From an uncultured Nitrospiraceae bacterium (GTDB taxonomy: Bacteria; Nitrospirota; Thermodesulfovibrionia; Thermodesulfovibrionales; UBA6898), in assembly GCA_963811165.1 (NCBI GenBank), contig CAWEQH010000008.1:224001-288000 (forward strand): a stretch of DNA of 64,000 bases. The letters run 5' to 3'. The notes under the pieces are model-generated. The model saw only the letters and a program-made list of their open reading frames with translations, had not been told where the DNA came from and did no database searches. Position numbers and translations under genes: made by a program. Each line of letters opens with the position of its first letter. The first letter of the stretch is position 1. Positions 48,739-59,157 of the stretch are shown here, piece by piece.

Positions 48739-50307
48739 ATGGAAAAGCAGATTAACCGACAGAAAGACATTTTGGAGACCGTCCCCCCCATTCTTCGCTG
48801 GAAAGGCCTGCCCTGGCTTGCTTCGATATCAATCGTTTCGCTGTACGGGTTATATTTTTTTGCTGCACATCATCAGTTGATTGTCAACGATTTTTTCGGC
48901 CATGTATGGATGGCGCTTGAAGAGCGGGAAAGGGGCCTGGGAAGCTCAACAAACAGTGTGATACCGGCAGGATATCCCATTCTCTTGAACCTTTTTCATT
49001 CATTCGGTCTTCAATATATGGATGCGGGTTGTTTATTGACACTAATAGCAGCCATACCTTTCCTTGTCTTTGTTTGGAAGGGGGCGTCTCGATGGGGAGA
49101 ATCGCCGTGGGCAGGTCCTGTTGCATGGCTTATGACAGCGACGTCTTATCATTTTTTGTTGACGGTAGCCACACCATTACCTGACATTATTGCTTTATCA
49201 ATGACCATGCCTTTGATGGTCCTGGTATTCAAGCCTGATCGCTCATCACGTATTTTAGTTCTTAGTGCTTTTTTTGCAGGACTTGCCTGCGGTATTCGTT
49301 ATACTTTTATCCAAAGTGTAGTCCCCCTGACGATATTATTGCTATTTTTTTCTCGTTCCGTACCCTGGGGCAAACGTATTCGCGAAGCATTGATCATCGT
49401 TGCAGGTTTGACAGTTGGTCTACTTCCTGAAATTATATTTGCATTGCGGGCCGGTCATATACCATTCCAGAATTCTTCAAAATATTATCTGAGGCTTATA
49501 GGTGGAGAAGCTGATTTTTTGATGTGCGGCACCCAACTCCGGAATATGCCGTCGACTATTGATTATATAATAAGGCATAGTGACAAGATATTACCTGCCT
49601 GGGGCTATGGATTTATTTATAATTTTGTGATTTTTGTCTTAGTTCCGGCAGCTATTTTGTGGCTGACTGAAGAATGTGGAGCGAAGATGAAGCAAGAGCG
49701 GATGAATGCCCAAATTCGTCGGGAACTTATTTCGCTTTTAATTTTTGAAACTATACTCCTCATTCCCATTTCATTGAGACAGCCGCTGCCTTATTATGTT
49801 ATGCCCTTGCTAATATGTATATCGTTTATGATCGCGGCAATTCCGATTGTCAAACTTGCTGGTATGAATAAACTGGCGCTCGGCTTCCTTATTATCTGCT
49901 TGTCCGCTGCTTCAATATTCCAAGTTCGTTCAGCCGCGCTAACCTTGGAAAACAATCGCCTTGTGGCATTTAATAGCGTCATTGCAGGTGACTTATATGG
50001 TTTGGGAATCCGTGATTCAGCCGAGGTGCTGAACCTCGTTGCACCGTTCGGATTGTACTGGCCTTACGGAGATAGATCACCACTATTATACTATACGGCT
50101 AAAGAACCGGGATGGTTATCGCTTACCAATACACTTGATCAAAAGAGGCCTTTTATTTATCAAATAACAAAAAACGTGGTAGCAAAGTTCCGAATCGTGT
50201 TGACGAGGCCGCTATCGCCAGGGGAAAAGAGGGAATTTTTGCCCGGGTTCGAATTCGTGAAACAAGTTGGAGGAGTGCAGATCTATAAGTCCGCTATATT
50301 GCAATAA
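48739..50307 (+). CDS. Polytopic membrane protein, probable GT-C (PMT/ArnT-like) transferase
   Basis: ND after TM1, PAGYP, PD, GLACGIRY; roughly 11-13 hydrophobic segments and a soluble C-terminal domain. Confidence 0.6.
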   Translation: MEKQINRQKDILETVPPILRWKGLPWLASISIVSLYGLYFFAAHHQLIVNDFFGHVWMALEERERGLGSSTNSVIPAGYPILLNLFHSFGLQYMDAGCLLTLIAAIPFLVFVWKGASRWGESPWAGPVAWLMTATSYHFLLTVATPLPDIIALSMTMPLMVLVFKPDRSSRILVLSAFFAGLACGIRYTFIQSVVPLTILLLFFSRSVPWGKRIREALIIVAGLTVGLLPEIIFALRAGHIPFQNSSKYYLRLIGGEADFLMCGTQLRNMPSTIDYIIRHSDKILPAWGYGFIYNFVIFVLVPAAILWLTEECGAKMKQERMNAQIRRELISLLIFETILLIPISLRQPLPYYVMPLLICISFMIAAIPIVKLAGMNKLALGFLIICLSAASIFQVRSAALTLENNRLVAFNSVIAGDLYGLGIRDSAEVLNLVAPFGLYWPYGDRSPLLYYTAKEPGWLSLTNTLDQKRPFIYQITKNVVAKFRIVLTRPLSPGEKREFLPGFEFVKQVGGVQIYKSAILQ

Positions 50308-50349
50308 TATATTAATAGCATATGGCAATTTTGCAAAAAAATAATACTT

Positions 50350-51480
50350 ATGAAAAAGATAGAGTTTTTTGAACATTCTATTAACGATGAAGATATTGAA
50401 CGGGCGAGAGGCGTTCTTAAGTCGATATTTTTGACCACCGGGAAATTGGTTGAGGAGTTTGAGAAGTCCTTCGCGGCGTATCTTTTAGCTGATAATGCCA
50501 TAGGTCTGACCAGTTGTACCGCTGCCCTCCACCTGAGCCTTATTGCACTTGGTATCGGCCCGGGGGACGAAGTGATCACCACTCCGATGAGCTTTTGCGC
50601 CACATCAAATGCAATTATGCATGCGGGAGCCAGGCCTGTATTTGTGGATGTGGAAGAGGAGACGGGAAACCTAAATGCGGAGCTGATTGAGTCGGTCATT
50701 ACCGAAAAGACTCGGGCCGTCATCCCTGTGCATCTTTACGGCCAGATGTGCGATATGAAGAGGATCAGGGAGATTGCGGACAAGCACAAACTCAAAATCA
50801 TCGAAGACGCCGCACATGCCATCGAGGCCTCAAGGGATGGAATCAAGGTTGGGCAACTGTCGGACACGGCGTGTTTCAGTTTTTATGCCACAAAAAACAT
50901 AACATCCGGAGAAGGCGGCGCGCTGAGTACGAACAACCGGCAGCTCTCCGAGGATCTGCGGATGTTGAGGCTCCACGGGATAGACAAGGGGGCCGCCGAC
51001 AGATATACAAAGCGTTACGAGCATTGGGACATGCCGATGTTGGGGTGGAAATACAACATGGACAATATCCAGGCCGCCCTTCTCATCGGTCAGCTTAATA
51101 GGATCGAAGACCTTCTGGCCAAGAGAGATTCCCTCTGGAGTGAATATGAAGAAGCATTGCATGACATTAAGGGGATCGGACTCTTAGAAACCCTTCCGGG
51201 CGTCAGACATGCGCGGCACCTTTTCACGGTCCTTGTTGACCCAGTGCGAAGAGATGAAATTCTTTGGGGACTTCAGCGAAGGGATATCGGCGTTGCCGTA
51301 AACTACAGGCCGATTCATCTCCTTAAATACTATAGGGAGACATTTGGGTTTCGTGAAGGAAATTATCCGGTTGCCGAGGACATCGGCAAAAGAACGATAT
51401 CCTTACCTTTTCATACTTTCCTGGCAACCGACCAAATAAAATATATTGCGCAGTCCCTTAGGGACGAGCTTTCACATTAA
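50350..51480 (+). CDS. DegT/DnrJ/EryC1/StrS sugar aminotransferase
   Basis: SCTAALHL, PVHLYG, IEDAAHA and SFYATKNITSGEGG motifs. Confidence 0.92.
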   Translation: MKKIEFFEHSINDEDIERARGVLKSIFLTTGKLVEEFEKSFAAYLLADNAIGLTSCTAALHLSLIALGIGPGDEVITTPMSFCATSNAIMHAGARPVFVDVEEETGNLNAELIESVITEKTRAVIPVHLYGQMCDMKRIREIADKHKLKIIEDAAHAIEASRDGIKVGQLSDTACFSFYATKNITSGEGGALSTNNRQLSEDLRMLRLHGIDKGAADRYTKRYEHWDMPMLGWKYNMDNIQAALLIGQLNRIEDLLAKRDSLWSEYEEALHDIKGIGLLETLPGVRHARHLFTVLVDPVRRDEILWGLQRRDIGVAVNYRPIHLLKYYRETFGFREGNYPVAEDIGKRTISLPFHTFLATDQIKYIAQSLRDELSH

Positions 51481-51497
51481 ACGGCAAGGAGATATAC

Positions 51498-52526
51498 ATG
51501 AAATCAGTTCTCGTGACCGGCGGGGCCGGCTTTATCGGCAGCAATTTTATCAGGCACATTTTTTATAAGTATCCTGAGTATAAGATTGTTGTTCTTGATG
51601 CACTGACCTACGCCGGAAATATCGAGAATGTCCCTGCCGAGATCCGCGATTCGAACAGATTCGAATTCTGGTACGGTAATCTGAATAACCTTGATCTCGT
51701 CAATGACCTTGTGGAAAGGTCAGAGACCATCGTGCATTTTGCGGCCGAGACTCATGTAGCCCGCTCTCTTTATTTAAACAGAGTGTTTTTTATTACGGAT
51801 GTCCTGGGGACTCAGGCGATTGTGAATGCAATCTTGAGGCATTCAGATAAGGTCGAAAGGTTCGTCCACGTATCGACTTCCGAGGTGTACGGCACCGCAC
51901 TAAGAGAACCTATGGATGAGGACCATCCGATTAACCCTACAACGCCTTACGCAGCGGCGAAGGCGGGAGCGGACAGGCTGGTCTCCTCTTATGTGGAGTC
52001 TTATGACATTCCGGCAGTTATCGTGCGGCCGTTCAATAATTATGGTTCCCGCCAGCACTTGGAGAAGGTGATCCCGCGTTTCATCACAAGTGCGATTTTG
52101 GGAGAGCCGCTTACGATTCACGGCGATGGTTCGGCAGCGAGAGATTGGCTTTTTGTCGAAGACACTGCCGATGCCCTTGACAGAGTTATGCATGCGCCCC
52201 TTAGCGACGTTAAGGGCGAAGTGCTTAACCTCGGGACGGGAATCAGCATAAGTGTCCTGGATATTGCAAAAAAAATTATCGAGATATTCGGTCTTGATGA
52301 CGTCCATCTGACTTATATCGATGAGAGATTTGGCCAGGTCCAGAACCATATCTCCTCGACGGAAAAGGCCGAAAGGATAGTGGGGTTCAGGGCTCAGACC
52401 GCGTTTGACGAGGGTCTGCTGAGGACGGTCGAGTGGTATAAGAAGAATAAGGTATCATGGGAAAAACAGATGGCCATGAGAAAAGTGCCTGTGAAGAAAA
52501 AATCAGGAGAAATCGTCTGGTATTGA
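51498..52526 (+). CDS. dTDP-glucose 4,6-dehydratase (RmlB/RffG-like)
   Basis: VTGGAGFIGSNF, DALTYAG, HFAAETHV, STSEVYG, YAAAK, NNYG and RDWLFV motifs. Confidence 0.88.
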   Translation: MKSVLVTGGAGFIGSNFIRHIFYKYPEYKIVVLDALTYAGNIENVPAEIRDSNRFEFWYGNLNNLDLVNDLVERSETIVHFAAETHVARSLYLNRVFFITDVLGTQAIVNAILRHSDKVERFVHVSTSEVYGTALREPMDEDHPINPTTPYAAAKAGADRLVSSYVESYDIPAVIVRPFNNYGSRQHLEKVIPRFITSAILGEPLTIHGDGSAARDWLFVEDTADALDRVMHAPLSDVKGEVLNLGTGISISVLDIAKKIIEIFGLDDVHLTYIDERFGQVQNHISSTEKAERIVGFRAQTAFDEGLLRTVEWYKKNKVSWEKQMAMRKVPVKKKSGEIVWY

Positions 52527-52591
52527 ACATATCCTAACCTGATCTTGCCCATCCGTGCAGCCACTCTGTGCTGCTGTGTTAAAATATCCAG

Positions 52592-55363
52592 ATGTCCAGA
52601 AAAGAACTTATCATCGAAGGCGCCAGGCAGAACAACCTCAAAAACATTACCCTCCGTCTTCCCCACAATAAGGTCATTGCGGTCACGGGGGTCTCCGGCT
52701 CCGGCAAGTCATCTCTTGCATTCGACACCATCTTTGCAGAGGGCCAATGGCGGTTTATCGAGTCTCTTTCGACCTATGCGCGGCTTTTTCTCGAAAAACT
52801 CGACAGGCCCGACGTAGACGCAATCCATAATATCAGACCGGCTATAGCCCTCGAACAAAAAAACCCTGTTCGTGGTTCTCGTTCCACTGTCGGCACGCTT
52901 ACGGAGCTTTACGAGCTTTACAGACTCCTCTACGCAAAGGTCGCAACACCTTATTGTCCAAACTGCGGGAAGGAGATAATGAGGTGGGACCCGTCCCAGA
53001 TAGTGTCGGAGCTTATGGAAAAATACGAGGGGAAAAAGGCGGTCATCGTCTTCAGTACTAATGATCCTGCCGGAGAGCTGAAAAGGCGGGGATTTCTCAG
53101 GGTCTGGCAAGAAGGGGAGATCAGGGACATTGCCGAGATAGAGGAAGGCGGCACGGAAACCAAAGGTAAGGGGAAAGAGTCTGTCCCAGGCACTCAGCCC
53201 CCGGTTCTCGATATTGTTCTGGACCGGCTGGTGATGCGCGCCGCGCCGAGGCTCGCGGATTCAGTCGAGATGGCCTGGAAAGAAGGAAAGGGCGCTTTGA
53301 AAGTGGTCATCATGGCCGACACGGGGGCTCCTGAGATCAGGAGGTTCTCGTCGGAAAACGCCTGTGAAGAGTGCGGGGTCGAGCTGCCACTGCCTACGGC
53401 CATACTCTTTTCATTCAACCACCCTGTGGGGGCGTGTCCGGTCTGCAAAGGCTTCGGCAACACCCTGCTTTACGACGAAGACCTTATTATTCCCGACAAG
53501 ACGCTTTCTTTAGCACGGGGGGCGGTAGACCCCTGGAACAAACCGGCTTACCGATGGTGGAAGAAACAACTCCTTGATAAGGGAAAAAAATCAGGGCTCG
53601 ATATGCAAAAGCCCTATGGCGATTTTTCACCTGAAGAAAAAAAGCTCCTTTTCAAAGGGACAGACGGTTTTTACGGTATCGACGACTTTTTTGAAGATAT
53701 GGAGGGCCGCAGGTATAAGCTCCACGTGAGGGTCTTCCTCAGCCGCTACAGGAGAGGGTTTACCTGTCCCGAATGTCATGGAAAGAGGCTCAAAAAAGAG
53801 GCCCTTGCCTACAAGGTCTCAGGACTGGATATAGCGGAACTCTGCCGGATGTCCATTTCAGAGACTGTCAGGTTCTTTGAAGATATCGATTTGTCCCCTT
53901 TTAAGAAAAACATATCCAAGGAACTCTTGCGGCAGATTGGGATGAAGCTCAAGTTCCTTGAAAAGGTCGGCCTTGATTATCTTACCCTCGACCGTTACGG
54001 CAAGACCCTTTCAGGCGGAGAATATCAGAGGATCAATCTTTCAAACCAACTCGCCTCACTGCTGACGGGAACTCTGTACGTCCTGGACGAGCCCACGGTG
54101 GGACTTCATGCAAGGGACACGGAGAGGATCGCAAAAATAATGACCCGGCTTTCGGAGCTTGGCAATACCGTCGTTGTCGTCGAGCACGACAGGGGGATCA
54201 TCGGCTCTGCCGAATGGATCGTTGAACTCGGCCCAGGGGGCGGCCGAAGGGGAGGCGAGGTCGTTTTTTCAGGTTCGGTCAAGAATTTTCTTAAGGCCGA
54301 TACGCTCACCTCACGATACATGAGGGGGATCGAAAAAGTGGGTATCCCTGCCAGGGCGAGAAGGGGTCCCGGGGCGACCCTGTCATTGTCCGGAGCCCGG
54401 GGCAATAACCTTAAAGGGGTTGATTTCAGGATGCCGCTCAATAGCTTGACCGCCGTCACGGGGGTATCGGGTTCAGGCAAGAGCAGTCTCGTTGTCGAGA
54501 CGCTTTACAGGGCGCTCTCAAAGAAGTTCAAGGCCGGGAATGAGCCGCCGCTTCCCTACGAAAAGATGGAAGGCGACATTTATCTTAAGGGCGTTAAATT
54601 GATCGACCAATCTCCTATCGGGAGAAGCCCGCGCTCAAACCCTGTAACCTACCTCAAGATCTTCGACCATATAAGAAAACTCTTTTCCGAGCAGCGGGAA
54701 GCCAGGGCCTACGGCTATGGTCCGGGTTTTTTCTCGTTCAACGTCAGCGGCGGCAGATGCGAGACCTGCAAAGGGGAAGGTTACGAGCTTATGGAGATGT
54801 ATTTTTTCGAGGACCTCTATATTCGGTGCGAAAAGTGCGATGGGAAGAGATACGGGCCCGAGGTCCTGAGGATAAAGTATAAAGACAAAAATATAAGCGA
54901 TGTCCTGAATCTTACTGTCGATGAGGCATATATCTTCTTTGCCGACCAGCCGAAGATCAGGTCGCAGCTTCAATTGCTGGTCGATACAGGTCTTGGCTAT
55001 CTGAGGCTGGGACAGCCCGCGACAACGCTCTCCGGCGGCGAGGCCCAAAGGCTCAAGATTTGCGCCGAGATGGGCTCGACAAAGCCGCGGGGCCTGCTTT
55101 ATATCCTCGATGAGCCGACGGTAGGACTTCATTTCGCGGACGTGCAGGCGCTCCTTGACGTCCTTAGCAGACTTGTCGAATCAGGCAATACGATACTTGT
55201 CATCGAGCACAACCTCGATGTGATAAGGGCGGCGGACTGGATCATAGACCTCGGTCCGGAAGGAGGAGACAAGGGTGGGCAGATCATCTTCGAAGGCACG
55301 CCCTTACATATTATGAAATCCAAGAAATCTTATACCGGTGAATATCTCAGGCGGTATAAGTGA
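52592..55363 (+). CDS. uvrA: Excinuclease ABC subunit A
   Basis: Two GVSGSGKSSL, two LSGGE, two LDEPTVGLH, plus zinc fingers. Confidence 0.95.
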   Translation: MSRKELIIEGARQNNLKNITLRLPHNKVIAVTGVSGSGKSSLAFDTIFAEGQWRFIESLSTYARLFLEKLDRPDVDAIHNIRPAIALEQKNPVRGSRSTVGTLTELYELYRLLYAKVATPYCPNCGKEIMRWDPSQIVSELMEKYEGKKAVIVFSTNDPAGELKRRGFLRVWQEGEIRDIAEIEEGGTETKGKGKESVPGTQPPVLDIVLDRLVMRAAPRLADSVEMAWKEGKGALKVVIMADTGAPEIRRFSSENACEECGVELPLPTAILFSFNHPVGACPVCKGFGNTLLYDEDLIIPDKTLSLARGAVDPWNKPAYRWWKKQLLDKGKKSGLDMQKPYGDFSPEEKKLLFKGTDGFYGIDDFFEDMEGRRYKLHVRVFLSRYRRGFTCPECHGKRLKKEALAYKVSGLDIAELCRMSISETVRFFEDIDLSPFKKNISKELLRQIGMKLKFLEKVGLDYLTLDRYGKTLSGGEYQRINLSNQLASLLTGTLYVLDEPTVGLHARDTERIAKIMTRLSELGNTVVVVEHDRGIIGSAEWIVELGPGGGRRGGEVVFSGSVKNFLKADTLTSRYMRGIEKVGIPARARRGPGATLSLSGARGNNLKGVDFRMPLNSLTAVTGVSGSGKSSLVVETLYRALSKKFKAGNEPPLPYEKMEGDIYLKGVKLIDQSPIGRSPRSNPVTYLKIFDHIRKLFSEQREARAYGYGPGFFSFNVSGGRCETCKGEGYELMEMYFFEDLYIRCEKCDGKRYGPEVLRIKYKDKNISDVLNLTVDEAYIFFADQPKIRSQLQLLVDTGLGYLRLGQPATTLSGGEAQRLKICAEMGSTKPRGLLYILDEPTVGLHFADVQALLDVLSRLVESGNTILVIEHNLDVIRAADWIIDLGPEGGDKGGQIIFEGTPLHIMKSKKSYTGEYLRRYK

Positions 55364-55415
55364 GCTTTGCCCAAATACGACGTAACGAATACTTAGGGTC
55401 CATTTCGCGGCCCAG

Positions 55416-55595
55416 AATTCACCATCAACTTTGCGCGGGGATGCTATGCGAACGGTTTCAGCGGGCCGTATTGTCACACCGCAAGGTGAGGCGGCCCGGT
55501 GCCTCGGAGCTTGTCCGCCTGAGGCGGGCGAGCGAAAATGAGAGAGAATGTTTTCCCTGCGCAGATATCAGTTTTCCGTGTCACTTTGGTGAATT
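55416..55595 (+). other. ~180 nt multi-stem structured intergenic element (ncRNA or MITE-like)
   Basis: Nested inverted repeats: AATTCACCA/TGGTGAATT, TTTGCGCGGGGA/TCCCTGCGCAGA, CGGGCCG/CGGCCCG enclosing CACC-GCAA-GGTG, and GCTTGTCCGCC-TGA-GGCGGGCGAGC. Confidence 0.55.
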
Positions 55596-55631
55596 GAAAA
55601 ATCGGGATAATTGAAGTATCCTTAACAAAAT

Positions 55632-57269
55632 ATGAAGAAGATTTGTTTCTTTCTTTTCTGCCTGATCATCGTGGCCTCGGCCTGTAAAGGGAAGACTGAG
55701 AACGCGGCCCGTGAATCGCCGGTCAGGACGGACGGAGCGCCGGCCTACGGAGATGCACTGGTCAATGGGTCTATCGGAGAGCCGACCATCCTTGTCCCGA
55801 TGCTTGCCGGAGACAGCGCCTCACACGAGGTCGCGGGGATGATGTTTAACGGTCTTGTCAAATATGATACGGACCTCAGTGTGATCGGTGATCTGGCTGA
55901 ATCATGGGACATTTCGGCCGACGGACTTATGATCACGTTTCATTTAAGGAAGGGCGTCAAGTGGACCGATGGGGTAGAATTCACGGCAGATGACGTGATG
56001 TTTGGCTATAAGACGATCATCGACAAAAAAACCCCCACCGCATACAGCGAAGATTTCCTTCAGGTAAAGAAGGCAGAGGTCATCGACCCGTATACGTTTA
56101 GGGTCACCTACGATAAACCTTATGCCCCCGCCCTTACTTCATGGGGAGGGCTCGTGATACTTCCCAAACATCTGCTTGAAGGCAAAGACATCACAAAGAC
56201 CGATTTCGGGAGAAACCCGACAGGCCTGGGGCAGTATAAACTCACGAAATGGGTCCCCGGGCAAGAACTGGTGCTCGATTCAAACCACGACTACTTCGAG
56301 GGCAGACCGTATATAGATCGGTTTATCTACCGGATAATTCCGGACCGCGCCACGATGTTTCTTGAACTCCAGACAGGCGGCGTGGACATGATGGACCTTA
56401 CGCCCATACAATATACAAAGCAGACCGATAGCGATTTCTTCAGAAACAATTTCCAGAAGTTCCGCTATCCCGCAGTTTGCATATACCTATATGGGGTTCA
56501 ACCTGAGGCACCCTTTTTTTAAGGACAGGCGCGTGAGACAGGCGATAGCCTGTGCCATAGATAAAAGCGAGATCGTCGATGTCATACTCTTTGGGCTTGG
56601 GAGTCCTGCCACAGGGCCTTATGTGCCTAATACGTGGCCCTATAATCCAAACGTCAAAGAATATAAGTACGATCCTGAGAAGGCAAAACAGCTTTTAAAT
56701 GAGGCGGGGTGGAAGCCAAACAGCAACGGGAATAATGGAGAAAGACGGGAGGCCCTTCGAATTCACTATTCGAACCAATATGGGCAATACGCTTCGCATG
56801 AATACGGCGACCATTATCCAGTGGAGGCTCGCCAAAGTCGGCATCAAGGTCAAGATTGAGGCCATTGAGTGGTCTACCTTCGTAAACGAGTTCATAGACA
56901 AGAGGCGGTTTGAGGCGGTGATTCTCGGATGGTCCATCACGCCTGGACCCCGACCAGTATGACATCTGGTATTCCGGGAAGACGAAGGAGAAGGAGTTTA
57001 ATTTTGTCGGTTACAATAATCCCGAGGTGGACGCGCTCCTTGAAAAAGGGCGGCGGACATACGACATCGCAGAAAGAAAAAAGGCATATTACCGCATCCA
57101 GGAAATACTTGCCGATGAACTTCCCTATATCTTCCTCTATGTCCCTGACGCAACGCCCATAGTCCACGCAAGGTTCAAGGGGATCAAGCCTACCCCGATA
57201 GGCATCACGTATAACTTCCCGAAATGGTATGTGCCGAAAGAGTTGCAGCGGCACCACATGGAGCCCTGA
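55632..57269 (+). CDS. Peptide ABC transporter substrate-binding lipoprotein (frameshifts ~56475, 56731, 56942)
   Basis: Lipobox [42 protein letters not shown] and [16 protein letters not shown] motifs. Confidence 0.88.
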
Positions 57270-57270
57270 A

Positions 57271-58269
57271 ATGATTGCCTATCTGATAAAGAGGACCTTT
57301 GAGATGATCCCGACACTTTTTGGTATCACCCTGATCTCTTTTTTCATCATCCATCTTGCGCCCGGCAAGCCTACCGACATATTCACTGAACTAAACCCGA
57401 AGATCACGCCTGAGGCGAGGGAGAAGCTCGAAAAATATTACGGTCTCGACAAGCCGGTTATCGTCCAGTACGGCCTCTGGCTGAAAAGGATCGTCAGGCT
57501 CGATTTCGGTGAGTCATTTTCTTCGGACCACAGGCCCGTGATCGAAAAGATCTGGAACGGTAAAAAACCTCTCCTTGAGCGCAGGCTCTTCGTCACGTTC
57601 ATGATAAATGTGCTTTCGATGGCGGTCATCCTCCTTATTGCCATACCGCTTGGCATCTTCTCGGCGACCCACCAAAATACCCTGTACGACAAGATCGCGA
57701 CCACAACCGTTTTTGTGGGGTTTGCGATGCCGACGTTCTGGCTCGCCCTGCTTCTTATGATCCTCTTCGGCGTCGACCTCCGCTGGCTTCCGATATCCCA
57801 GCTTAAGTCGATGAATTATGATTCGCTTTCCTTTGCCGGGAAGGCCTGGGATCTGACGAAACATCTCATCCTGCCGATCTTCGTCTCGGCATTTACCGGT
57901 CTTGCCGCTGATTCGAGGTTTATGAGGAGCAGCATGCTTGAGGTGATAAGGCAGGATTTTGTAACGGTCGCCAGGGCCAAGGGCCTACCTGAGAGGCTCG
58001 TCATATACAGGCATGCCTTCAGAAACGCCCTCCTTCCCATTATTACGCTTATGGGACTGAGTGTCGGGGGCCTGATCGGCGGAAGCGTCATCTTCGAAAA
58101 TATCTTCGGTATTCCCGGCATGGGCCAGCTCTTCTATATGAGTGTGATGACAAGGGACTACCCGACTGTCATGGGGATATTGACGATCGGCGCGTTCCTG
58201 ACGCTCCTTGGGAACCTCCTGGCAGACATAGGATATATGCTGGCCGACCCTCGGATAAGGGCGAGATAA
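57271..58269 (+). CDS. Peptide ABC transporter permease (DppB/OppB-like)
   Basis: YGLDKP, LDFGES, ARAKGL and [10 protein letters not shown] motifs. Confidence 0.92.
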   Translation: MIAYLIKRTFEMIPTLFGITLISFFIIHLAPGKPTDIFTELNPKITPEAREKLEKYYGLDKPVIVQYGLWLKRIVRLDFGESFSSDHRPVIEKIWNGKKPLLERRLFVTFMINVLSMAVILLIAIPLGIFSATHQNTLYDKIATTTVFVGFAMPTFWLALLLMILFGVDLRWLPISQLKSMNYDSLSFAGKAWDLTKHLILPIFVSAFTGLAADSRFMRSSMLEVIRQDFVTVARAKGLPERLVIYRHAFRNALLPIITLMGLSVGGLIGGSVIFENIFGIPGMGQLFYMSVMTRDYPTVMGILTIGAFLTLLGNLLADIGYMLADPRIRAR

Positions 58270-59130
58270 ATGGGAAAGAAGACCTTGCGGAACCTCTTTT
58301 GGAAACGGTTTAAGAGAAACGGTCTTGCATTAAGCGGCGGTGTTATCGTGCTCTCATTATTTTTTATGGCGGTCTTTGCGCCCGTGTTGTCGCCCTATGA
58401 CCCTGACGTGATCGACAGGCATCACGTCCTGGCACCTCCTGACATCCATCACCCCCTCGGTACCGATGACCTCGGAAGGGATGTCCTAAGCAGGATGATC
58501 TTTGGGGCGCGGATCTCGCTTGCAGTCGGATTTGTTGCAGTAGGCATCGCCACCATTATCGGTATGATCTTGGGAGCCGTCGCAGGATATTACTCCGGCT
58601 GGACAGACAGGATCATAATGAGGTTCATCGATATCATGCTCTCGATCCCGACGTTTTTTCTCATCCTCGCGGTCATCGCCTTCATAGGCTCAAGCATATG
58701 GAACATTATGATCGTTATCGGCTTGACCTCCTGGATGGGCGTCTCCAGGCTCGTCAGGGCCGAGTTTCTTTCGCTTAAAGAGCGAGAGTTTGTACTGGCC
58801 GCGAGGGCCATCGGCGCAAGCGACCTCAGGATCATCTTCAAACATGTGATGATTAACAGCATGGCCCCGGTCCTTGTATCAGCGGTCTTGGGGGTTGCGG
58901 GCGCGGTGCTTGTGGAATCGGCCCTCAGTTTCCTTGGCATAGGGGTGCAGCCGCCGACGCCCAGTTGGGGGAACATCCTCAGTCTCGGGAAGGACTATAT
59001 CGAGCTGGCCTGGTGGCTCTCCGTATTCCCCGGCCTTGCGATATTGATTACTGTTCTTGGCTATAACCTCCTGGGTGAAGGCATACGGGACTCGATAGAC
59101 CCGAGGCTTTGGGAATCAGAGAGAAGATAG
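58270..59130 (+). CDS. Peptide ABC transporter permease (DppC/OppC-like)
   Basis: HPLGTDDLGRDVLSR, EFVLAARAIGA and LSFLGIGVQPPTPSWG motifs. Confidence 0.92.
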   Translation: MGKKTLRNLFWKRFKRNGLALSGGVIVLSLFFMAVFAPVLSPYDPDVIDRHHVLAPPDIHHPLGTDDLGRDVLSRMIFGARISLAVGFVAVGIATIIGMILGAVAGYYSGWTDRIIMRFIDIMLSIPTFFLILAVIAFIGSSIWNIMIVIGLTSWMGVSRLVRAEFLSLKEREFVLAARAIGASDLRIIFKHVMINSMAPVLVSAVLGVAGAVLVESALSFLGIGVQPPTPSWGNILSLGKDYIELAWWLSVFPGLAILITVLGYNLLGEGIRDSIDPRLWESERR

Positions 59131-59157
59131 AGGATGAATCGTGTATCATGGTAGTTG

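Noticed and set aside
55360..55614. 84-aa ORF, or 6S RNA identity for this region
   Set aside because: The ORF has no recognisable motifs and overlaps the structured element. 6S RNA is not supported because the fold is branched and the usual zapA/ygfA context is absent.
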